A stretch of 64,000 nt of DNA from Candidatus Latescibacterota bacterium. GTDB lineage: Bacteria > Latescibacterota > UBA2968 > GCA-2709665. The stretch lies in the NCBI GenBank assembly GCA_965226795.1, contig CBDDDZ010000005.1, forward strand, positions 832,001-896,000, written 5' to 3'. Below, one piece after another: positions 29,463 to 39,007 of the stretch. The position numbers were made by a program, and so were the translations under genes. A model generated the notes under the pieces. It saw nothing but the letters and a program-made list of their open reading frames with translations. It ran no database searches and was not told the origin of the DNA. Position 1 is the stretch's first letter. Each line of letters opens with the position of its first letter.

Positions 29463-32400
29463 TCACCGTTGCCAGTGACCCGAACCGAGGATCCGGAATC
29501 GATCCACGCCGGGGTGCAGAGCTGAAAAGGCGATCTCGTTACTGGCGGACAGGTGTTCGGGGGCGTCCAGGAGCAGGGCGTATCGGGTGCGGATTCGGGT
29601 ACCCCATTCGTCCAGAATGTCCTCCGGGATCAGGTCGCCCAGAGGTTGCAGGAGGGCAAGGTCTTGATCCGGTCCTACTTTGAAGATGTTGAGGTTGTTT
29701 TCCTTGCCCTGGATAACCGGGGGTGGCTCCACCCAGGCGCGGTCTCTTTCGACGGCGGTGACAAGCAGATAGCCGACGGCCAGGTGGGGAAAGCCGTCCA
29801 GATGCAGGGTAAGGGATCCGTCAGGATTCCTATCGGCGGACAGGATGGTGTAGGCGGAGGCACGTTCCCGGTGACGGATGGTGATCGTCTTTCTCATTAG
29901 TGTGTCGGGGTTCGCAATATCGGTTTCAGGCTGGATCCTCAGAGATTTCTCGACGTCGTCGAATCCGGTGAGTAGACCTTCGACGGTGGGGAAGGATTCG
30001 ATCTTGTGGCCGTCGGCTTCGGCGGCCGTTCCGCCGATCAAAGCAAGCGTGCGGAGACCGTGTGCATCAAATGATGCAAAGGCGAGTTCGCCGTCGCTGT
30101 GCAGCTCGCGGCCGTTATGGGAGATTCTGCAGGGTGCCCTGGACGTGTTGCTCAGGATCAGATCCATACCCCGGTTGTGAGTCACCTGGACAGCAGCGGC
30201 CTCTTGATTCTCACAGGATAAGCGGCTGATTTGTTTGATGAACGGGGCAACCCGGTAGGGTTCGTGGACGGCCAAAAAGGTGTCCGGGTGATGATGGTTC
30301 TGGCGGCGGACTGTGATTATTTTCATCTCTTCGCCCAGGTCGCGGTTGTCCAGCCAGCGCTGGGCGGGGCCGGTGCCCACGATGATCTCGGATCCGGGCA
30401 CGTCGAGCATGTGTAATTTCAGGAAGGCGTCCCGGTCGGTTTCCGGTGAGCCGTCTGCGTTCGGGTATTCGGTAACGTCGCCCCAGGTTGCCGTCCAGGG
30501 CCCGTCGCTTTGACCGGCGCTGAGTTGTGTAACCCGCTGGGTGCCCCACCTGGCGCCGGCCCTGGGGGTACGGCGAGATGGTGTGAAACTGAAGCCGCTG
30601 TAATGGTAAAGAGATTCCGCCGGGTCGGGCCGGTCTTTGAGGTCGACGCCTTCTGTGGAAAAACGATGCCCGTTGCCGTGGAAGGTCCAGTCGTGCACGT
30701 GGCCGCCGTTTACGCGGAAAACGTCAACAACGTAGGCATCGTCGGGGTCACTGTCAATGAGGGCAACGGTGCGCTGGTAGCGGTCGGTGCCGGGCACTTT
30801 GCCGAGTTCGTTTGCGTCCTCCTCAGCGGCATCGATGGCTTTGAAACCGGGCAGGTCCACAAAAAACCGAAGGTCTCCGCGGAGGTTGTCCGTGCCCATC
30901 GGGTCGCCGTCCGGGGTGCGTATGGTGACGGTGTTGTGGGCGGGGAAAGTCTTAATCCAATCCACCGTCATAAAGTGAGTGGAGCCCATGTAACCGAGGT
31001 CGGTGGCCAGTTCGTGGCCCTTGGCGTAGAGCGTGAGGTTGAGGGGCGCCATGTGGTAGTGACCGACACGCTCCGTAAAGTCGAGTGAGAGCGTTCGGGT
31101 ATGGTCTCCCTCGCCGCTGCGCAGGATGGCTTTGCGGTTCTGGCCCAGCAGGTGAGACGGGAGGGGCATGGGAAGCCTTAGGGAGACGACGGGATCGCCC
31201 TCCGGATCGATGTTCAGGTACTCGCGATAGGCATCCGGAATGCCTCCTCCCAGGGTTTCCGCCAGGGCGAGCTGTTCCAGGGGCATGGCGGCGCCGATCA
31301 CGCAGTCTTCCCAGGTGATGGGGCGACCGTCGGGGAACCCGGTCTTAAGGTACTGACCCAGGCCATGTTTGAAGACGGGCAGGGCAAGCAGGTTGATCCC
31401 GTTTCGTTCCCGATTGTAATAAGGGGCGGTCGGGTCAAATGCGCCCTGCTGGCCGTGGCAGGCGGCCATGACGCTTGAGATACCCCAACTGGTGTAGGAG
31501 GGAGAGCCTTCCTTGCCCAGACCGTCGCCGGTAAAGAAATTATGCAGAAAGTAGACAATGTCTCTGGCTACGTTTTCGATGATCCGGTCGTCGCCGACAA
31601 TGCGACCGAGTTGCAACCTGGGCATCTGGGTAGAGGTGGAGAGGTTGTCCGCGCCGGTGACGAGCACGTAGGGGTGCAGGGTGTATTCCAGAATGCCGCG
31701 TTTGAGTTGTTGGCCGGAGGTTTGCAATTTCAGGGAATCGCCCTCGACGGACGTGACGATGCGAAGGGCGGCGGTTTTCAGATCGGACTCGGCTTCGTCG
31801 AAGGATTCGGCAATCAGGCTGTAACCGACCATGAGATCCTGGGCCAGGCTGGCTTTCCAGTTCCACACGCCAGGGTAGATGGAAGCGCCTTTCGTACCAT
31901 AGCGGTCTCCGGGCGCGTTCAACGGGCGCTTCGGGTCGCCTTCAATATGATCGAACGGGGCGTAGAGGCGGTAGCCGGGATAGGATTTGGCGGGAGCGCC
32001 GGACTCGTAAAAATCGTCCAGACGTTCCTGCAACTTCGTCTCGGATATTTCCAGCAGTGCGGCTAGATAGGGGTCGCCCAGGAAGGCTCTGGAAAGCGTT
32101 ACGAGGAGGACCCGGGCTTTGCGGGCATGCCGCCTTGCTGTCTCGGGATCTGATCTGAGCCTTGCGGCATGGACGGCTTCGCCCAGGCGATGGAGCACGT
32201 TGCCGGATAAATCTCGGAGGGTATTCATCCAGCAGAGGGCTTTGAAAAAAAAGGCATTGGTGGGTTCGACATAACCGTGGGCCTCGCCGTCCCAGTGGTC
32301 CCAGGGTATTCCATCGTGCGCCTGGCTCCAGGCCTCGTCGTGGTCCTCGCGCCACACGTCGTCCGTGGGAAAGCAGCCGTCTCCGTTGTCCGGGTACCGG

Positions 32401-32915
32401 GGGTTGGGATAAAAGGCGTATTCATGGCCGGCTGCCTTGCAATACGGACAGTGAAGCCGCCACGGGTCATCCAGGGACCAGTCGAAGTAGCTGTAGTACC
32501 GTACCTGGAAAGGATGGATGGGACAGGCGCAGGTATAGATGCCGCGCGGCTCCCGATGCCAGATCGTATCCAGGTACCAGGCATCGGATTTAGCGGACCA
32601 TTTTTCGGCGATAGCGAGTGACGCTTCTGCCCACGAGCGGATCTCCTCGTCTCCGGCTGCGTATCGGCGGCGGATCTCGTCAATGGAAGAGGCGCCAATC
32701 CAGATGTTGGGCTGGTCGGGAAATGCGACAACGCGGTGACCCTTGTTTTCCGGGGGAGTCCAGGATGTGTTCACGGACAATCGGTCTCCAGTCGGATCTG
32801 AAAAAATGCCATCGCGGAATCCTACGGTGCCAACTGACGCCCCGGACGCGGGGCGTCGTTTACGGAGTTCCGGATGATGGGTTGCGGGGAGAGGACGCGT
32901 CGTCGTGCCTGCCAC
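29463..32915 (-). CDS. Heparinase II/III-like large protein
   Basis: 'EGSPSY', 'GHYHMAPLNLTLYAKGHELATDLGY', 'AHNTV' and 'YVVDVFRVNGG'. The start position is uncertain. Confidence 0.75.
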   Translation of the reverse strand: MAGTTTRPLPATHHPELRKRRPASGASVGTVGFRDGIFSDPTGDRLSVNTSWTPPENKGHRVVAFPDQPNIWIGASSIDEIRRRYAAGDEEIRSWAEASLAIAEKWSAKSDAWYLDTIWHREPRGIYTCACPIHPFQVRYYSYFDWSLDDPWRLHCPYCKAAGHEYAFYPNPRYPDNGDGCFPTDDVWREDHDEAWSQAHDGIPWDHWDGEAHGYVEPTNAFFFKALCWMNTLRDLSGNVLHRLGEAVHAARLRSDPETARRHARKARVLLVTLSRAFLGDPYLAALLEISETKLQERLDDFYESGAPAKSYPGYRLYAPFDHIEGDPKRPLNAPGDRYGTKGASIYPGVWNWKASLAQDLMVGYSLIAESFDEAESDLKTAALRIVTSVEGDSLKLQTSGQQLKRGILEYTLHPYVLVTGADNLSTSTQMPRLQLGRIVGDDRIIENVARDIVYFLHNFFTGDGLGKEGSPSYTSWGISSVMAACHGQQGAFDPTAPYYNRERNGINLLALPVFKHGLGQYLKTGFPDGRPITWEDCVIGAAMPLEQLALAETLGGGIPDAYREYLNIDPEGDPVVSLRLPMPLPSHLLGQNRKAILRSGEGDHTRTLSLDFTERVGHYHMAPLNLTLYAKGHELATDLGYMGSTHFMTVDWIKTFPAHNTVTIRTPDGDPMGTDNLRGDLRFFVDLPGFKAIDAAEEDANELGKVPGTDRYQRTVALIDSDPDDAYVVDVFRVNGGHVHDWTFHGNGHRFSTEGVDLKDRPDPAESLYHYSGFSFTPSRRTPRAGARWGTQRVTQLSAGQSDGPWTATWGDVTEYPNADGSPETDRDAFLKLHMLDVPGSEIIVGTGPAQRWLDNRDLGEEMKIITVRRQNHHHPDTFLAVHEPYRVAPFIKQISRLSCENQEAAAVQVTHNRGMDLILSNTSRAPCRISHNGRELHSDGELAFASFDAHGLRTLALIGGTAAEADGHKIESFPTVEGLLTGFDDVEKSLRIQPETDIANPDTLMRKTITIRHRERASAYTILSADRNPDGSLTLHLDGFPHLAVGYLLVTAVERDRAWVEPPPVIQGKENNLNIFKVGPDQDLALLQPLGDLIPEDILDEWGTRIRTRYALLLDAPEHLSASNEIAFSALHPGVDRFRILGSGHWQR

Positions 32916-33000
32916 GTAGGTTACGGCAGAACTGAGGGTCGTCTCTTCTGGTCGACTATTGCCGGTAGAAGTCGCCGACTACCTGCTGGAGACGTCTGGC

Positions 33001-34290
33001 TCAGGCAGCCGCATCGGCCGCGATTTCCGCGAGGCGTTCGCCGTGATGCGCCACTTTTGCAAAGGCCGAGGCAACCTGATCCACCCACGCCGGGCTGGGG
33101 TCCACCGGTGTGGACAGCCAGAAGCATGAGTCGTGGATGCGTTCGCTGATCGGCAGATCACCGGGGCTATGCGGGATCCTAGTGTCCTGGGGCAGGTCTC
33201 CCCACGGCCCGCCGAGGTCGTCGAACGGGAAATCGTTGAAGAGCGGTTCCAGATGCATCGCCCCGTAACCGAAGGGAGTAATTGCCGGAGTCGTCGCCAC
33301 ACCCTCCGCCACAAGGGCTTTCAGGATGACGGAAACCGGCGCGCCGATTTCGCCTGGATCGATAAGGCCGGTATACAGAAGGAGGCCTCCCCGAACCGCC
33401 TGCGGGTAAGTCTCCTGAGGGTGTACGCCTCTGACGGATTCCAGTTGGCTGCTTAGCCGGCCGAACCAGGCGCGTCTTTTTTCGTTCAATCCGGGCAACC
33501 GTTCAAGCTGCGCGCGCGCCATCGCGATACCCAGGGGGTTCGCCCGGTATTTTATGCCCAGGCCCATGTTCCGGAGGGCCCGGAACCTTTCGGTGACAAA
33601 ATCCTTCTCGCATCTTCCGTAGTGGCCAAGGGCCAGCATGCGGTCGTAGAGGTCCCCGTCGTCGGTCACGACCACACCCGCTTCGATCCCCGTGACCGGT
33701 TTGCTCCCTTGCAGGCTGAAGCAGCCGATGTGACCGAGAGAGCCGACGGGATTGCCGTTCCAGAGGGCGCCGTGGGCGTGCGACGCATCTTCAATGAGGG
33801 TGATGTCGGTTCCGTCGACGAGATCCCGAAAAGCGTCCATATGTGCGGGGTTGCCGTATACGTGGGTAACGATGATGGCGCACGTGTTCTTCGTGATTCG
33901 ACTCTCGGCGTCATTGGGATCTGCGCAGAAGGAACCGGGATCCGCGTCGCAAAAGACGGGCGTTGCGCCGCAGTGCAGAATGGGCGTGATGCTGGCGTGC
34001 CACGTGACGGAGGGCACGATCACCTCTCTGCCGATTCGGGCACCGGAAGCGAAGACGGCCGAGTGCAGGGCCGCCGTACCATTGCAGGTGGCGATGGCGA
34101 ATTTCGTTCCGGTGAAAGCACGGAATTCTTCCTGGAAACGGTCAATCTGGGTATAGGATTCACCCATACCACCTTCGAGAACGCTGAGGACGGATTGTTT
34201 CTCCAGCCCCGTTATGGTTCTCCAACCCTCGTCCTGTGGCTCGGTTACCGCCGGGGGGCCGCCGTCGAGTGCCAGGTCCGATTTTGACAT
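33001..34290 (-). CDS. DegT/DnrJ/EryC1/StrS PLP aminotransferase
   Basis: 'LALDGGP', 'NGTAALH', 'IEDASHAHG' and 'FSLQGSKP' (PLP Lys). Confidence 0.93.
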   Translation of the reverse strand: MSKSDLALDGGPPAVTEPQDEGWRTITGLEKQSVLSVLEGGMGESYTQIDRFQEEFRAFTGTKFAIATCNGTAALHSAVFASGARIGREVIVPSVTWHASITPILHCGATPVFCDADPGSFCADPNDAESRITKNTCAIIVTHVYGNPAHMDAFRDLVDGTDITLIEDASHAHGALWNGNPVGSLGHIGCFSLQGSKPVTGIEAGVVVTDDGDLYDRMLALGHYGRCEKDFVTERFRALRNMGLGIKYRANPLGIAMARAQLERLPGLNEKRRAWFGRLSSQLESVRGVHPQETYPQAVRGGLLLYTGLIDPGEIGAPVSVILKALVAEGVATTPAITPFGYGAMHLEPLFNDFPFDDLGGPWGDLPQDTRIPHSPGDLPISERIHDSCFWLSTPVDPSPAWVDQVASAFAKVAHHGERLAEIAADAAA

Positions 34291-34440
34291 ATCCCGCGTT
34301 CTCCCAGATGTCTATACGTGTGAACCGCCAAAGATGCGTCAGGTGCGTCGCCCGGACAAACAGACGTCATCCCGTAATGGAAACAGTCTGTATACGCCAG
34401 TACACCCCGTGGGCGCGGGTTGCCAGTACCGTTGACGAAC

Positions 34441-34469
34441 ATAATAGCATGCGCGATACGAATTGTCAA
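34441..34469 (-). promoter_or_regulatory. Sigma70-type promoter for the minus-strand gene run
   Basis: Minus strand reads TTGACA-N17-TATTAT with an extended -10 TG, about 150 nt upstream of the DegT start. Confidence 0.7.
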
Positions 34470-34556
34470 AGTGGATGGCGACCGGTCGAAGCTTGACAGC
34501 CGTACCGATGTGTGTTATATATAGTCCGTACATTTCGTCCACGGGAGGCCTTTCAG

Positions 34557-35057
34557 ATGATTCGGTTCAGGTTGGTATTGAAGGCGGTCGTTATCCTGCT
34601 GGCGGGATCGGGCGTGGGCCTTGCTTACAACGCCCTCTCCGCCTCCGGCATTCCACTTCGGACACCCGGGAACCTGACGCCATCGGAACATGTGAACTGG
34701 AGCCTGTACCTGGAGGGAATCCGCGCAGGTCTTTCCGACGCGAAAGCGGCCTTCGACTCCGGGTCTGTCATATTTCTGGACGCTCGCATTCCACGCGTCT
34801 ATGCGGCCGGACATATTCCGGGCGCGGTGAATCTGACGCCTCACGATCTCAGCCGGGGTGACAGGCAAAAGCTCGAGGGTGTTCCCAGGGACGCTCGTAT
34901 CATCACGTACTGTGGGGGCGCCAAATGTCAAGCCAGCGTTCGACTGGCGCATTTGCTCACGAACGGACTGGGATTTACTAAGGTCCGGACATTCTTCGAT
35001 GGTTGGGGGGCATGGGTCGGTGCCGGGTATCCGGTAACGACGGGGGTAGACCCATGA
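34557..35057 (+). CDS. Membrane-anchored rhodanese-domain protein
   Basis: 'FLDAR', 'GHIPGAVNL', 'ITYCGG..C' and 'GGWGAW'-like end; GGAGG RBS. Confidence 0.88.
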   Translation: MIRFRLVLKAVVILLAGSGVGLAYNALSASGIPLRTPGNLTPSEHVNWSLYLEGIRAGLSDAKAAFDSGSVIFLDARIPRVYAAGHIPGAVNLTPHDLSRGDRQKLEGVPRDARIITYCGGAKCQASVRLAHLLTNGLGFTKVRTFFDGWGAWVGAGYPVTTGVDP

Positions 35058-35512
35058 ATTGGGCCCGATATGGAGTCCCGGTCGTTCTGCGCCTCGTCGT
35101 GGGCGGGGTGTTGATCTGGGCCGGGCTGGCCAAGGTGTCGGAGCCGGCGCTGTTTGCCGTGACGGTGCGGGCATACAACCTGCTTCCCGTGGCGTTCATT
35201 AACGGGTTTGCCGTGGTTGTGCCCTGGATGGAAATCGCCGCCGGGGTGTGCCTGTTGGCGGGATTCTGGTCGCGTAGCGCCGCGCTTGCCGCCCTGGCGT
35301 TGCTCTCGTCGTTCGGCGTCGCAATAGCGATAAACATTTACCGCGGCGCAAATCTCGACTGTGGCTGCTTTGGATTGGACGGCACCCGCGGCTCACTTAA
35401 TGCGGCGCTCGTGCAGGACCTGTTGCTGATCGGATGTTCGCTGGTGTTGTTGTTTGTGCGCAATATGCCGCTTTCGCTGGATCGGCGTCTTTTCAAGGTT
35501 GCCGACACGTAG
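35054..35512 (+). CDS. MauE/DoxX-family redox-associated membrane protein
   Basis: 'AGLAKV', 'PWMEI' and 'DCGCFG' motifs; ATGA overlap with the rhodanese gene. Confidence 0.9.
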   Translation: MNWARYGVPVVLRLVVGGVLIWAGLAKVSEPALFAVTVRAYNLLPVAFINGFAVVVPWMEIAAGVCLLAGFWSRSAALAALALLSSFGVAIAINIYRGANLDCGCFGLDGTRGSLNAALVQDLLLIGCSLVLLFVRNMPLSLDRRLFKVADT

Positions 35513-35636
35513 GTGGCATGGCCTGCTGAAAAACTCAGTTATCTGTATTGGCGTGTTCGGGAGCGGCGCCGTGTGCCCACGGTTCCGCCTTTCTGATTTA
35601 AGGCAGGACGGATCGTCCCGTTTCGGGGGTTGAGCG

Positions 35637-38600
35637 ATGAGATACCTGGTGTTCGCGCTTGTGTTGGTCGGATTGTCCGCAGGGTGTGGAGAGCGGATGC
35701 CGGAACCCGGAAGCACGGCGTATCGGGAGGCGGTTGCGGATTTCTACGCCGGACTCGCGGCGCTGGACGTGGGCGCGCAGGACCGGGCCGCAGCCGCGCT
35801 GAAGCGGGTAACGGAAAACGTCCCCGGCGAGCCCGCGGGGTGGGCGAACCTGGCTTTGTCGCAGTTTTCGATGGGACGTGAGGAACAGGCCATGAGATCG
35901 TTGGAGCGCGCGCAGGGTCTCGCGCCGGAGAACGCGGAATTCGCGCTCCTGATGGGGGCATTCGAGAGCCGCCGCGGCCGTGCCGCCGAGGCGATTTTCC
36001 ACCTTCGGAGGGCGGTGAGCCTTGGCGGCCCCGGGCATCTGAAGGCGGGTTACGCGCTGGCGCGTGAACTTGAGCGGCAGGGAGATACGGGGGACGCGCT
36101 TGTGGTGGTGGTGCGGATGCTGGGAGAAACGCCGCGGAATCTGGCGCTGTTACTGGAACGGATCAGGCTGGCGGCGAAGGAGCACGATGCGGAAGGCCTG
36201 GGGGTTTCGGTTGCGCGCATCGCCGAGCGGACCGGACGATGGCCGAAAACGGCAAATGCACAGTTACAGGCGCTCATGGATGCCGGGTCGGATTTTCGCC
36301 TCGCGGCCACGCGTGCGGTGTTTTTGCACAACGTGCTGCTGCGTACGCCGGTCTTTCGCAGGGACCTGAGTCAGGTGCGCATTCCTGCTCAGGCGACGGG
36401 CGAGCCACTGCGGCGGTTCCTGAAAATGCAGAGTCCATCCGGCGATCCCGCGCCTGCGGATACGGCGCTTGCCTTTATTTCGGAGACGCTGGACAGCGCG
36501 GCGGGCGGCACGATGCTCGGCCTCGCCTGGGCGGATACCCCGGTTGTGCTTGCCGTAGCGGATGGTACCGTACGTTGGGTGGATCCATCGGGCCGGACCG
36601 TTCCATCGCCCGCATCCAGGCCGGTGGGCTCGTACGGTCTGCTCTCGGTGGACTGGGACAATGACTTCAGATCGGACCTTGTGGTGGCGGGAGAGGGAGG
36701 CATCCGCCTGTTTCGCCAGCGAGAGGACGGGAATTTCATGGATGTCACGGATCTGACCGGACTGGACGGGAGTGTGACCGATTCGGCGTATGTCGGCGCG
36801 TGGGCCGCGGACGTTGAGATGGATGGGGATCTGGATCTGGTAATCGGGGGGCTGAACGCCTGCCGGGTATTGCGAAACAACGGGGACGGCACGTTTGGAG
36901 TCGCGCAGCCTTTTGAGGGCGTGTCGGGCATGCGTGCGTTCGAGTGGACGGATCTTGACGGGGACGGGGTTCCGGATGCGGCGTTGGTGGACAACATGGG
37001 TCGACTTGTTGTGTATTTCAACCAGCGCAGCGGGTTGTTCGAGCGTTCGTACGAGGGTGAGGACGAGGTTCACGCGCTTGTGTCGGGAGACGTGGATGGC
37101 GACGGGAGTCTGAACCTGATAATCCTGGGTAAACACGGGCAGGTTGCGTTGATTTCGCACCACGATGGCCGGTGGGATTTCAGGGAACTGTTCAGGGCGA
37201 AGACTTCCGGGACGCCGGTGCGTCTGTTTACGGCCGATATGGACAATAACGGGCAACTGGACCTGATTCTCAGCGGCGGAGTCGACGGAGGGTATTGGCT
37301 GGGGGATACTGAAGGTGCCTGGCGACACAAGGCCCTGCCGAACGGGGTTCGGGTCTTCGAGATCTCGGACCTGACCGGAGACGGACGCCTGGATCTGCTT
37401 GGACTCTCTGAAGACGGCCGGCCGCAGCTGCTGGTGAACCGGGGAAAACGTACCTACCACTGGCAGGTCGTGCGGCCGCGGGTGCGTGCGGTCCAGGGAG
37501 ACGGGAGGATCAATTCATACGCGCTGGGCGGGGAGGTGTTGTTGCGGTCCGGGCTTCTGGCCCAGCGCCGGGCAATTCGGACTCCTGTGGTTCATTTCGG
37601 TCTGGGCGAATACAACCTGGCGGATGTGGTGCGGGTACAGTGGCCGAATGGAACCATACAGGCAGAGTTCGACGTGGAGTCCGATCAGATCGTTCTGGCG
37701 CAGCAGCGCCTGAAAGGGTCCTGCCCTTGGGTGTTCGCATTCAATGGCGAAGAAATGGCCTTTGTTAAAGACTTTCTGTGGCGCTCCCCGCTGGGGATGC
37801 GGATCAACGCCCAGGTGACGGCGGGGGTGTCTCAGACGGAGGACTGGATTCTTATCCGGGGAGATGAACTGGCCTCGCGGGACGGATTCTATGAAATCCG
37901 CATCACGTCTGAATTGTGGGAGACCGAATTTGTGGATTGGGTTGAGTTGATGGTCGTGGACCATCCGGCGGACGTGGCGGTGTTTGTGGACGAACGGTTT
38001 GCGAAGCGACAGCCGGAACTGAAGGTGATTCCAACGGGAACACCTGTGGCGCTCCGTGCGGCACGGGACGAAGCCGGGCAGGATGTGACGGCGCGGGTAG
38101 AAGCGAGAGACCGCCGCTATATCGACTCGTTTGACGTAGGACGATACCAGGGCGTCGCGGCGGACCACTGGGTTGAAGTAGATCTGCCTCGCGCGGCAGT
38201 TGAGGGTGGGGGGTGGTTGATCGGTTACGGATGGATCTATCCCACGGATAGTTCGCTCAACGTCGCGATGGGTCATGGCGCGCATGCGCGGCCCCAGGGG
38301 CTGCGTCTGGACGCGCTGCGAAGCGACGGAACGTGGGAAACCGTGGCTTCGAATCTGGGTTTTCCCGCCGGGAAGTTCAAGACGATTGCGATCGATCTGT
38401 CGGGTGTGAAGTCCAGCCGGTTGCGCCTCCGGACGAATCTGGAGATCTACTGGGATTGGCTTGCATGGGCGGCCCCCGCGGACGGCGCGCAACTGCGAGC
38501 CCGCCGCATCAGATCTCAGACAGCGGCGTTGAGGGGCCGCGGGTTCTCAGAGGTCTCGCAACCGGATCGGCGTTCTCCCGACGTCCCTCTGTATTCGTCC

Positions 38601-38993
38601 CCGGTCAATACCGCGCCACAGTGGTGGGACCTTAGGGGATATCACACCCGCTTCGGAGACGTGCGCCCGCTGCTTGCGGACGTGGACGATCGGTATATGA
38701 TCATGAACGCCGGGGATGAGCTCGTCTTGCGGTTTCCTGTTCCGGGCCCGCCCCCGGACGGGTGGATGAGGGATTTTGTGCTGATGGGAGACGGTTGGGT
38801 GAAAGACGGGGACTACAATACGGCGTTTTCCAAAACGGTGCTGCCGCTGCCATCGCACGCCTGGTCGTCGTACGAAACGCCGCCCGGCCGGCTCGAGGAT
38901 GACCCCGTCTACCGCCGTAATCGTGCAGATTGGCAGGAATTCCACACCCGGTACGTCACGCCGGAGATTTCAGGGATGCATGCCGGCAGATAG
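35637..38993 (+). CDS. TPR + FG-GAP repeat + ASPIC/UnbV-like lipoprotein
   Basis: Lipobox 'LSAGC', TPR-like helices, 'D.D.DG..DL' repeats, 'VHFGLG', 'VQWPNG' and 'KGSCP'. Confidence 0.85.
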   Translation: MRYLVFALVLVGLSAGCGERMPEPGSTAYREAVADFYAGLAALDVGAQDRAAAALKRVTENVPGEPAGWANLALSQFSMGREEQAMRSLERAQGLAPENAEFALLMGAFESRRGRAAEAIFHLRRAVSLGGPGHLKAGYALARELERQGDTGDALVVVVRMLGETPRNLALLLERIRLAAKEHDAEGLGVSVARIAERTGRWPKTANAQLQALMDAGSDFRLAATRAVFLHNVLLRTPVFRRDLSQVRIPAQATGEPLRRFLKMQSPSGDPAPADTALAFISETLDSAAGGTMLGLAWADTPVVLAVADGTVRWVDPSGRTVPSPASRPVGSYGLLSVDWDNDFRSDLVVAGEGGIRLFRQREDGNFMDVTDLTGLDGSVTDSAYVGAWAADVEMDGDLDLVIGGLNACRVLRNNGDGTFGVAQPFEGVSGMRAFEWTDLDGDGVPDAALVDNMGRLVVYFNQRSGLFERSYEGEDEVHALVSGDVDGDGSLNLIILGKHGQVALISHHDGRWDFRELFRAKTSGTPVRLFTADMDNNGQLDLILSGGVDGGYWLGDTEGAWRHKALPNGVRVFEISDLTGDGRLDLLGLSEDGRPQLLVNRGKRTYHWQVVRPRVRAVQGDGRINSYALGGEVLLRSGLLAQRRAIRTPVVHFGLGEYNLADVVRVQWPNGTIQAEFDVESDQIVLAQQRLKGSCPWVFAFNGEEMAFVKDFLWRSPLGMRINAQVTAGVSQTEDWILIRGDELASRDGFYEIRITSELWETEFVDWVELMVVDHPADVAVFVDERFAKRQPELKVIPTGTPVALRAARDEAGQDVTARVEARDRRYIDSFDVGRYQGVAADHWVEVDLPRAAVEGGGWLIGYGWIYPTDSSLNVAMGHGAHARPQGLRLDALRSDGTWETVASNLGFPAGKFKTIAIDLSGVKSSRLRLRTNLEIYWDWLAWAAPADGAQLRARRIRSQTAALRGRGFSEVSQPDRRSPDVPLYSSPVNTAPQWWDLRGYHTRFGDVRPLLADVDDRYMIMNAGDELVLRFPVPGPPPDGWMRDFVLMGDGWVKDGDYNTAFSKTVLPLPSHAWSSYETPPGRLEDDPVYRRNRADWQEFHTRYVTPEISGMHAGR

Positions 38994-39007
38994 GCATCGA
39001 GTTTACC

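Noticed and set aside
35054..35512. MauE as part of the methylamine pathway
   Set aside because: No mauAB methylamine dehydrogenase genes are present. Rhodanese-MauE/DoxX pairs are widespread, and this one is 15 kb from the cluster.
35519..35540. IS/MITE-like end GCCTGCTGAAAAACTC
   Set aside because: No matching inverted end, target duplication or transposase was seen.
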